The translations under genes were made by a program, and so were the position numbers. A DNA stretch of 63,162 nt, counting the filler, from Collodictyon triciliatum (lineage: Eukaryota): the NCBI GenBank assembly GCA_043381765.1. It is 3 parts of 3 records of this genome, joined end to end, with 100 filler letters (N's around TTAATTAATTAA, not from the genome) between each part and the next. Parts side by side here need not be neighbours in the genome. Positions count along the whole stretch, not along the records: positions 1 to 24,871 come from JBHJMP010001066.1; positions 24,972 to 49,862 come from JBHJMP010001067.1; 1 more part is not named here. One strand, given 5' to 3'. This document shows, one piece after another, positions 1-29,927 of the stretch; positions within the stretch are counted from its first letter, which is position 1, and each line of letters opens with the position of its first letter. The notes under the pieces were generated by a model. It saw only the letters and a list, made by a program, of their open reading frames with translations, searched no databases and was not told where the DNA came from.

Positions 1-93
<93 letters not shown>
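1..93. repeat. (AAT)n microsatellite
   Basis: Direct reading. Confidence 0.95.
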
Positions 94-96
<3 letters not shown>

Positions 97-192
97 GCAA
101 AGAAATCTGAGCAATTTGTTTGATTACATGATCTCCTAATGCCTCTCGGTAATTGCTGTATCGTTTCCTTTTTCCTGTATGCATAATCGTAG

Positions 193-3231
<3,039 letters not shown>

Positions 3232-3786
3232 ATGGGAATAGGAGAAAAGGAGAGGGGAAAAAATATGATAATTATACAGTCACAGTTGAGACATCATGAG
3301 GAAATGAAGAGAAAAAGGACACGGAATAGAAATCAACCAGGAAGCAAACAGAATATGAACACGTTTCATTTCACTAGATCGCTTCTTTTTACTTATTGTC
3401 TTTCCCTCAACGAACCCTCGACATCAGCAGCCAGACGAACAAATAAAACACTGGCTCAGAGCGGGCAAAGCTTCATTCGATAACGAACAAAATGAAACAG
3501 AGTAAAGAATCATCCCGCTTGCAGCAAAGAAGCCAGTTACTTTCCTATTAATCACATTGGAAGCTACGGGTATCTGTTGCGGTGCGACATCCAAACCCAG
3601 ACCGAAAAAAATACTCTGCCTCTCTCTCTCCCTCTCACCATAACTTCTAAATCCTGTTTTCATTCCTGTCTTTCGTCCCAGTGGCACATACAACCAGGCA
3701 CACAATCAGACTCCTCATACACCAACGCCAGGCGCGCATGATACGACCCACAAAGGACATGCGGGCACGGAAAGTTCATTCTTTGC

Positions 3787-6394
3787 TCATCGTCGAATCG
3801 GGCGATAGGCCGGAGGAGGGCTTTGGCGTCGCCCGTCTCGGTCGAATGAGCGCGGTGGCGATCGTCGCATTGGCTCGTAGCGTGGGGGCGAATAATCACG
3901 GCCGCGCGGGGGCGAACGCTGCATCCGGCTGCGTGGCGATATATCGCGTGGGCGCTCATAGCCTCGTGTAGGGGCGCGGTCTTCCGGATAGCGGCGGTCA
4001 GACCGGGGTGGAGAACGGCCTCTGTTGATGGGCCAGCGTGATCATCAGTACCGCAATGGTGATGATGATAGTGATGATAGTGATGATAGTGATGATGATG
4101 ATGATGATGATGATGATAGTGATGATAGTGATAGTAATGAGGTGATGACAATGATAATGATGAATATAATGGCAGTTATAGTGGTGATAGTGATATTGAT
4201 GGTGATTTAAAGGAACCGATTGTATGGAGAGGGCGACCGCCTCAGGGGCGGTGCGTAGCGCGATGGAAAATGCGGTGGTGGTGAGCGGGAAAGTCGCCTT
4301 GTTGGGGAGCGAGCGTCTCTCCTTTGTGGGGGTGGGGAGCGTGAGATGCGTCTTGGTGGAGAGCGCGAGTATCTTCTTTGTGGAGGCGGAGAGCGTGAGA
4401 TGCGTCTTGGTGGAGAGCGTGAGTGTCTCCTTGGTGGGGGAGAACGCGATGCTCCTCGGCGGGGTGATGGGGACCGCCTTGAATGTTCAGGTATTAGATT
4501 ACATAGAAAGATGGAGGTGACTAAAACTCGACTGAAGGTTCCGGAGGTGATGCATATGAAAATTTGTAGATTGCAACTATTACCCTTTTCTAATGTTACC
4601 GGTGCGGTATTGGATTTTCAGGCTGAGATTGCCGACCTTAAGAAGACATTTTATTTATTTTTCTTGACATAAAGATGACGGTAATAGTTGGGTGGTGAAT
4701 TAACGTATGGTCTGGGATAATTGCTTGTGTAAAATATAGCGTTCATGCGCTTTGAATTCGATTTAGGACATAGGAAAGCTCCATCCAAAAGTAGCAACTT
4801 TGTTAGTTGATTTTCTTGAACAAAGAATATAAGTCATGAAAATTTCAATATTTCTTCTCTTAGCTATTTTTCTTTTAAAGTTATAGGAATAACTGAAGCG
4901 CTGTAATCAGTAAGAGGGAAAACAAAAGAAGAAAACAAAAGAAGAAAACAAAAGAAGAAAAGAAGAAAAGAAGAAAAGAAGAAAAGAAGAAAAGAAGAAA
5001 AGAAGAAAAGAAGAAAAGAAGAAAAGAAGAAAAGAAGAAAAGAAAATGAAGAAAAGAAAAGGAAAGGAAAGAAGAAAAGAAAAGAAGAAAAGAAAATGAA
5101 GAAAATGAAGAAAAGAAAAAAAGAAAAGAAAAGAAGAAAAGAAGAAAAGAAGAAAAGAAAGAAAAAGGAGAAAATAAAAATAAAAGAAAATAAATTAGAA
5201 AAAACTAATTATAGGCTAAATGATTGAATGGTTATTGTAAGCATTCACAGAGAACATTTATGTAAGTGATATCTTAAAAGTAAAGTCCTATTTTGCGTGT
5301 AAATTTTGTAATTATTTCCTGCTAATGAGCATTCAAATTTTAACAAATCGTAGATTGCCGGGCCTACTAATTTTTTTTCTCGTTTTCTGAAATAGTCCAC
5401 TTTCTTCCTCAATTCTCTCTATTAATTTTCACTATCCATACAGTAGACATATGCTTGTAATTGCATCTCTCACATAATCACGATAAATAAAAACATCTTT
5501 GCTTTTGTTTGTTCATATGTCAGACTGTATGATTCAGGTGTGATTGTTTGAAATTGTTATCAACCTTCAGTCCGTCCATTTCACTTTTTGCTTTGACCGC
5601 ACTATCCAGCTTACAGAATGTAACAAAACAGTATTTGGATCTCATGTCCACATTCTAGGGTTGGATGCTGTCAATATAAAGGAGACTGCTTTGCGTAATT
5701 TAGGTATGTAATGGCATGATAAGAAGGTCAGTAATGCAGCTCAAAGACGTACGTCGATTTCTCCAAACTTTCGAAAAAGGGTTGCAATGTCTTGTTCACG
5801 CATCTTTTTCAAGTCGTAGTTGGCAACAAAGATTGTTTCATTGGGTTCGTTTTCCGCCTTTGCCTGCCTCTCCAATTCCCTCCTGGTGAGATTTTATGGG
5901 ATGATATGTAAATTGTAATCTCATATAAGTAAATACGACGGCAAATGCCAGCCTAGTTTTTCGAGCTCGTTTATGTAAGTGCGATGAATTCAATATACTA
6001 TGAGTTGTAAGCAAAATTGAATATACTTCAAGTGAATCTATCATGAACATCACATGTAATTTACTATTTTCTAAATTCGTATTGATATACATACAAACAT
6101 GATGAACGAATGTATATGCAAGTAGCTAAAACCTGCGTGTGGCGCTCTTTGCATTTGCAAAGCTGACTCGCAGTCTTTGTCCTCGGCCTCCGATGGACAT
6201 CATATTAAGTTCTTTCAGGGCTTCTTTGGAGCCGTCCTTCATGAAAACGAAGGCAAATGTGTTCTTGAAATCTAGTTTTAAGAACAACAACAAATTCTTG
6301 TTCATTTATGCCCATAGTATGAAACAAAGCAGCTGGTCACGACAGTGCGTAAGAATTGGCTCTTTTCTGACTTTTCATTTGCACAACTTTTTTG

Positions 6395-6490
<96 letters not shown>

Positions 6491-6684
6491 TGGTGATCAA
6501 GATGGTTGACTTTTCTTTTGCAAAAAAGGGTAACAATTATACAGGTGCATATATATTCCCATGCTTTGGAAATCTTACCAATGTGTTCGATTTCTCCAAA
6601 CTTTCCAAACATTTTTTCCAGATCCTCTTTTTGGATGTCCGAAGGATCGAAACCCGTAACATACAGACCCTGCGAACTCTCCAT
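3787..6684 (-). CDS. SR splicing factor: two RRMs plus RS/SP-rich tail (architecture like plant RS31/RS40 subfamily), 7 exons
   Basis: RRM1 LYVTGFD...FAFVFM, RRM2 IFVANYD...YCFVTF, then RSPSPRRGASRSPPPRRHSRSPPRRISRSPP repeats; all junctions GT-AG and in frame; stop TGA at 3787-3789. Confidence 0.9.
4920..5190. repeat. (AAGAAAAG)-type purine repeat in SR-gene intron
   Basis: Direct reading; boundaries approximate. Confidence 0.9.
6397..6489. repeat. (ATT)n microsatellite, intronic
   Basis: Direct reading. Confidence 0.95.
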
Positions 6685-7139
6685 TTCTCTACGACGATGG
6701 CGCGATGTTTCTGAAGAAAAAGAAAAAGAAAAAGAAAAAAAGAAGAAAAGAAAAAAGAAAAAAGAAAAGAAAAAGAAGGGCCCGTTTATGAGGTATCGAT
6801 TGGATCTCTTGCCCGCACTTCGTTTGAAGTTTCACTCCACTCTTTTGAAAGCTTTTTGCAAAAAGCAAGTCTCTTTTTGTTTTTGTTTTCTTTTCACTTT
6901 TGTTTTTTTTGTTTCGTTTCATGTGGTTCTGGGGCGGAGCTTGATCAGCGCGATAAATCTGCTTTCTGTACGAGGTTGAGAAAAGTATTAAATCAAATGT
7001 GGAAATTAAAATATTACAAGATTTCAGCACATCCAAAAAAGTGGATCTGTGGGACAGCACGTTTATCGCTAATGATGTGTTGTTGTGACTGGGCTGTTTT
7101 TGTGATACATCTTGTTTAAGAAAAGAAAAGGAAAAATGA

Positions 7140-7176
<37 letters not shown>

Positions 7177-7339
7177 GAAAGCGTCTGACTCTGTTGTTTT
7201 TAGAAAGGCTGCGCTATCTCAGACAGCAATTGACAAAAGCATGTTTGGGCTTTGCGCTGGAGGTTTTTTTTTTTATTTTATTTATTATTCTGGTGAATAC
7301 GAGCGCAGAGGCGTAGCGTAGGATTGTTGAGCAACGGGG

Positions 7340-19431
<12,092 letters not shown>

Positions 19432-20447
19432 CCCTGAAAAGCAAGTCAGAACAAAACAATACTTAAATGTTGGACCTTACAACAGAGTCGGAGTGAGTAA
19501 GTAGAAGAGAAGAGAAGAAAAGAAAAAAATAGGAAAGAAAAAGAAAAGAAAAGAAAAGAAAAACAAAAAACAAAAACGAAGAGAAAAACGAAGAGAAAAA
19601 AACAAAAACGAAAACGAAAACGAAATCAAAAACAAAAACAAAAACAGAGAAAGGGCAGTGTGTGGCATGTAGTCGTGCAAGCAGTGTCCCATGGGCATTC
19701 GATCGACATCGAGAGCCAGGCGAACCATCATAGGGCCCATACAGAGGACAGCCCCACGCGGAAAAGTCGCAGGCAGACAAATCCCCGTCTCAAGTACGGC
19801 CCACAAAATATCTGCGTATTTGGGAAGCGTGGCGCACCGAGCAATCCCATCCCGCCACAATCCAACAGCAAATGCCCACGGCCCTGATCCGCCCCGCTTC
19901 GAGTCCCCAAAGTCTGGCGTGCTCCTCTATGCACAATTTCACTCTAATAACCATGGCTAAGGAGAAGTGATAATCCCACAGATTCCATATATACATATAG
20001 TTATCCTCATATTCCACATTTGGGCCCCCATCCCGCCAAAAGAGAATCGCGCTTCTATGATTTTTTTTTTCATTAATTCTGTTCAAAGAAACGTGCTTCT
20101 ATGATTGAGTCTGCCTGTGGCTTCGGCGACATTTTACTGCCATCTGCCATTTGTATATAAATTATATATAAAATTAGTACAAAATTATTCTTATTCACAA
20201 AAAATTGCTATTTTACGTTTATTTAAATGTATATAATTATATATTCCGTAAATATTAATCATATGTGGAAAATAGATATCTGCACTCTCGCTATTTTGTG
20301 AAATGTGCTTGTCTGCCGCCCAGAAACTTAGAAACAACATGCGGTGATTGCGCGGGCGCTCTGGCACCTGCTTTGGAATCGTTCTTCTGGGCCAAGGCAT
20401 CAAGACAGACTCAATTTCATTCAAATGAACAACAGTAATGTAGTTGC

Positions 20448-20595
<148 letters not shown>

Positions 20596-20714
20596 GCTAT
20601 TGTTGCTGTTGTTTCTTCCTTTTTTTTTCTTTTTCTTTCTTGAGCTCTGCCTTTTTGTAGGCAAGTGTTTTATTCTTTATTCCCTCTCCTTTGAAGTATT
20701 GCTGCAAAGCAGAG

Positions 20715-21819
20715 ATGAAAAGCAAGCAACTAGCCAAAGGATTTGGGCTGATTGTAGTCAGCTTCATCGCCACGTACTTGTACGCATCAAAGCTTGGTCT
20801 GTACTCTGGGGATATTGCAGCCGATCTTCATCACTTTGGCCAAGAGGTCATCACGCCATGCCAAATTGTCTCTGCACTTCGCAGCCAACTTAAGCACGTA
20901 AGCATCAGTTGTAAAAAAGAGACAAGCGATCGCGAGGCCTGCGAGAAAGACGTGCTCCAAGTAGAGGTAGAGCTAGAGCTATGTACATAAAATGTCTAAG
21001 ATGATGGGGTGGTTTCTCCATTTCATTCTGTCATCCATGTATCTATTTATTCATGCTTTGTTTCTTGATTTTAATCTTAGGTCACTTATGAATCATCTGA
21101 TAATACATGGAAGCACTTTACAACATACTTCGATATTTCGCAAGACAATTTGTACCTCTGTGAAACGGTGCATTCATGTCTACAGCATTTTGGGGTAAAG
21201 TCTGTTTTTTTTTCCCTTTCATACGAGTTTTCGTTTGCGTACCGATATCCCTCGGGTTTAATTCATCACTTCCAGAAAGAAAATAAAAAATAAACGCAAA
21301 AACATTCTCTTTAGCTCAAATACGGCGAGAACGACTGCTTCTATGGTACAGGAATTCGTCCTGATCTTTTGGAATATGCCACTGAAGATATCATAGAAGA
21401 TGGATCGAATTCCGAACAAGAGATATATTTGTTGCCTGACCATCCTCACAACACACTCCCTCTCATCAACTTCACAATTTTGATGGTGCGTGTTCAAATA
21501 CATACATACATACATACATACATACATACATACATACATACATACATACATACATACATACATACATACATACATACATACATACATACATACATACATC
21601 ATATATCCAATCGATGGCAATTCGATAGATACTGAATGCTCTATGTTGTGTCGTTAGATTATCACCATGGTCCCTTGCTGCTTCTTTGTTGGTGTTATCA
21701 TGGCATTTGCATCTTGTTTTGATATGGAGGTAGACTTCAGACGCGCTCATGACTACGATGTAGAAAATATACTACCAAAGATCCCTATTTCCGGAGCTCA
21801 TTCTAACAAGCTAAAGTGA
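20715..21819 (+). CDS. Hypothetical two-TM membrane protein with Cys-containing loop, 4 exons (possible extra 5' exon from ATG 20425)
   Basis: Four GT-AG-linked exons in frame; hydrophobic segments GFGLIVVSFIATYLYA and LINFTILMIITMVPCCFFVGVIMAFA; stop TGA 21817-21819. No family recognised. Confidence 0.65.
21498..21599. repeat. (ACAT)n microsatellite, intronic
   Basis: Direct reading. Confidence 0.95.
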
Positions 21820-22459
21820 TCAGTTTGATTTGATCAGGCATCCTCCTTTTGGCCATCCTTCGTGTTCCCTACTACCCGTTCTGTTTCTCATGCATAAGAC
21901 TCCCACTTTCACATTTTCCCTTCCACCAAGATAAATGAAGCAGATTACAGAACGTTTTCTATCGTGTTTGAAAGTATAAGGAAAAACCTATGGTGCCATC
22001 ATTCCTCTTTGCTCCTTCCTTCATTCTATTATAGAACGGATTTATTTATTTATGTGCTTGGGTTTAAGTCAAGCATGGTATATCACAAGGAAAGGACGAC
22101 GCTGAAGCAAAAATGATTGAAGATTAGCTGTGAAGAGTCAAGTTTTGAGGAATCTTCTCGTCATAGCTTCTAGGGTGGTGGTAAAGTCAATGATACAGCA
22201 TAGCAAATAGACTTTGTGATAAGAGTAAATCAGAAAGTGCGGGCGGCCAGGAGTGGGATGAGGCAGGCGAAGAAGAGAAAACGAACTATAGGATGACGTA
22301 GCTATTAAATCACCCCGAACATGTTGAAATACTTTGTAAAATGTGAACAACGAGAAAGGGAAAGAGAGAAAAAAAATGAGAGAAAGCGAAAAGAAAAATG
22401 AAAGTAGATGTGTAAAAAAACGAGGCGTTGGGGCGTGAAGAGAATGCAGCTATCGAATT

Positions 22460-23636
22460 TCAGAATTGGTCGAAAGTGTCAGGGGGAATGTCTATTGAAA
22501 TATTCATAAAATAATGTTATTTCAAAAACAAACAAACAAACTATTCGTACTATTTTGTCTTAATGAATTAGGTTTGTAAATAGAGGCTTACGTATTACTT
22601 CATCCCACGACTTTGGGGTCATCCTCGGGCTAAACACTGCGTTTATACTATTCGAAGGAGGAGACAAAGAGCACGAGGACAAAGATGGGGAGGGGGATGT
22701 TGTCTCGTTTTGTTGTCCCGACGGTGCAAATCTGGGGGGAATAGACGCGTCTGGCCTCTCGTTAAGATATTCGCGTAAATTATGCAGTTCGAAGCTGGCG
22801 TTCATCGAATCATCACTTATATCTGGATAGGTTTATGTAAAATACATCAGCAATCAGTGAGCTATATAATACTGATAATAATGAAGATACCAAGTAGAAA
22901 ATAGTCTCCCTGATTTGGTAATAAGAATTTGTAAAAAAGCTTCAGTGGTGGAACATACGCAAGAGAGACGACTTGTATGAGTCAGGAAGCGCCATTAGTC
23001 TTAATAGCTCGTTGCGGATTCTAATCTTTGTCTGACGCAAGACTTGGGGCTCTCCGAGCTTCTCGTTCATGATGCGAAGTATAATGGGAATTCCGTAGGA
23101 GTCTGCGAGCCGAGAAAGTATCTTATCCATATAGCAAAGCCCAGAGCCTTCAAAAAGGTGTTTTTTTTTTTGGGAGAAATATCAATAACTTTAATTATAC
23201 GTCAATTGTTTTATTTTACATTCCTTATCGTGCCAAAGTAAATGGGAAAATGCTTTATGACTACTCTAACCTTTCTCATTTTGCTCCTTTTGCATGATCG
23301 CAGACTGGTAATGTCGTACCCAAAAATCCCTGTTGAAATGGACTGGTTGCATCCAAGACACAATCTCCAATTGAAATGACTGGAAAAAATGTGTCAAGTC
23401 CTGCATGTTGGCATGGAGTAAAAAATAAATAAATATAAATGACAAGTCAAGTTAAAATAGGAAAAAAAAAACCAAGTTTGAAATAATATTGCCCTGATAA
23501 AAAAAGAAGGAAATATATACTTCAAATGGATAAGTATGTGCAAACCTCCCATGAAACAATACTAAACTGGAGACACTCCACGATCTTGGACTTGAGTATC
23601 CCGAACATCAGTTGCTGATTCCAGAGAGTTTTGCAT
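22460..23636 (-). CDS. Hypothetical protein, ~225 aa, 5 exons, Ser/Pro-rich C-terminus
   Basis: Phase-compatible GT-AG exons from MQNSLES to ...SWDEVIHIPPDTFDQF*. Start codon uncertain. Confidence 0.6.
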
Positions 23637-24019
23637 AGTAAGCCTTTTCGTTCCATGATTCTTACAGGGTGCTGATGTCAGTTGTTGGGGTGGCCGTAGT
23701 ATACTAGGAAAAGAATATATATGTTTGTCAGAATATGTCATAATAAAAAAAAGAAAAGAATTTAAGGCTCTTTCAAGGTGCCGGGATCTAAAACCACTGA
23801 TCACTGTTTCAGAGAGCGCACCGCCGAGCTAATAATAGATCTGAAAAGGAGACTAAACAAAGATAAAGATCGCTCTTGATCGAAAAAGTAAAACATATGC
23901 ACGAGAAGGCCGTCACAGATCGAGTATCAAATATGTATTTGTTTTTGAAGGAGGCTTCAACAATTCATATAAATAGGTATTATGTAACAAAAACAAAAAA
24001 AAAAACAAAAAAAACACGC

Positions 24020-24139
24020 ACACAAAACACACATAAAACACACATAAAACACACATAAAACACACATAAAACACACATAAAACACACATAAAACACACAT
24101 AAAACACACATAAAACACACATAAAACACACATAAAACA
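24020..24139. repeat. 11-mer minisatellite (ACACATAAAAC)n
   Basis: About 10 tandem copies. Confidence 0.92.
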
Positions 24140-24772
24140 TGAAACAATTAGAAACCAAAAAAACAACGAACAAGAAGCCCTGTGCAACGCGACTAAACAC
24201 AAAGGGAAAGAAAAGAAGGAAAGCAATCTTGAGATCTTCACGTGACTCGTCGCCTACTTATCTCATGGGTCGTTGACCCCGGCTCAAACCACAACAAAGG
24301 GAACGATAAAGCGTCACACATCCTTTGGTTCCCCAACGCTGGGCCGATCTCGTCTTTGTGATCGTTTATCCCGTCCAACGAGTCGGATTTTGTGTGAAAG
24401 CTCGATCGGGCCAGAAGTAAACATATATCAAAACTCTTTGACTGGTGCTATCTGTCTCTACGCAATAGCAACTTTAGCCATCGATTCCCGTTCCCAATTG
24501 GGAATTGGACGATCGACATATGTGCTTTGTAGTCGGTAGCCGCTGGCCGAACACAAACAACAGCCTCTTGTGCCCACCCCCAAAGATACCGATGGAACGG
24601 ATATTAGATTGTTAACTTTTGGTTTCATTTCTCCGCCACCCGGCCACCAAGTAGCGCCCATGCAAACGATGGCTAGCGAACCAAAGCCAACACCTTCACC
24701 ATCCTGCACAAAACTGAAAGGAATAATAAAAAAAACTTTTGGTTTCATTTATCACAATAAGTTTTGTTATAA

Positions 24773-25071
24773 TTATCATTATCATTATCATTATCATTAT
24801 CATTATCATTATCATTATCATTATCATTATCATTATCATTATCATTATCATTATCATTATCATTATCATTTNNNNNNNNNNNNNNNNNNNNNNNNNNNNN
24901 NNNNNNNNNNNNNNNTTAATTAATTAANNNNNNNNNNNNNNNNNNNNNNNNNNNNNNNNNNNNNNNNNNNNTATCATTATTATCATTATTATCATTATTA
25001 TCATTATTATCATTATTATCATTATTATCATTATTATCATTATTATCATTATTATCATTATTATCATTATT
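24773..25071. repeat. (TATCAT)n / (TATCATTAT)n spanning scaffold spacer
   Basis: Direct reading. Confidence 0.9.
24872..24971. other. Artificial 100-nt scaffold spacer (44 N + TTAATTAATTAA + 44 N)
   Basis: Six-frame-stop 12-mer centred in Ns; identical construct at 49863-49962. Confidence 0.95.
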
Positions 25072-25108
25072 AAAGTACCAAAATATTTTCAATTTTTACC
25101 CTTCAAGA

Positions 25109-29048
<3,940 letters not shown>

Positions 29049-29158
29049 TCCACACCTCAATTCTGTATCAACAACTTTATCTTTGCCCCTCATACATGGT
29101 AATGACACATCAGCCAGAAAAACCGTGCGCGCTAACGAAGGAGAAAACAGGGGGGAAA

Positions 29159-29159
<1 letters not shown>

Positions 29160-29233
<74 letters not shown>
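29160..29233. repeat. (GT)n microsatellite
   Basis: Direct reading. Confidence 0.95.
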
Positions 29234-29236
<3 letters not shown>

Positions 29237-29407
29237 AGAATGAAAGAAAGAAAGGAAGAAAGAGGAATTGACATGCAATTGGTTGGTTCGTTTTCTATAT
29301 GCCTGCTCTATATATATATAAAAGGTGTCGGTGGTATGGCGCAATCAATCGCTGTCGTTTGTGCCTTCAGACCGTTTTTGCTGCGCGAGACTGGGCAAGA
29401 CTAACGC

Positions 29408-29420
29408 TATATAAAAGCCT
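29408..29420 (+). promoter_or_regulatory. TATA box (TATATAAAAGCCT)
   Basis: Consensus TATA; same 13-mer at 51890; followed ~90 nt later by a perfect AG|GTAAGT donor. Confidence 0.4.
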
Positions 29421-29927
29421 GAAAGGCTCTTGAAAGAAAAAGAAAACAACGACCGCTATTCAAATTGAATATTCACACACGCACATACGCATTCCCTCTC
29501 CTTTGTGAAGGTAAGTACATGAGAAAGAATCCTTCCCAAGGAGATGATGAGCGGGTAACAAACGCATCTGATGAGCAAGATTAGTGATATGCCGCTCTTT
29601 TCAACACCGCGTCGAAGGTTGTTTCAAGTTTGTTGTTTTTCGGGGGGAAAACTCCGCATTTGAGCCTACTTTGTTCTGACCATCGAGTATCACTCCATCC
29701 ACTCGCTTCATAGAAGAATCTTTTCACCAGCAGGGAGCAGAAGGGGACGAGAGCGGGTAAGAGTAAGGGAGGGGAACAGTGTGTGAGAGAGATAGAGAGG
29801 GGAAAAAAAAGGTGACAAGCTGGGCCGGTATGATAAAGCCAGTGTGGTGACTCCTTGATATGCATGAAAGGAATGGACGAGGCAAGAAAAAAAAAGAAGG
29901 AACAAAGAAAAAGACAGCATCGCATCA

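Noticed and set aside
24916-24927. TTAATTAATTAA palindrome (also 49907-49918)
   Set aside because: Centred in exactly 44+44 Ns; a six-frame stop linker added at assembly, not biological.
29540-29600. Resemblance to the U4atac 5' stem-loop (ATGAGC...TAGTGA)
   Set aside because: No U6atac-pairing stem I and no Sm site; kept only as a generic K-turn candidate.
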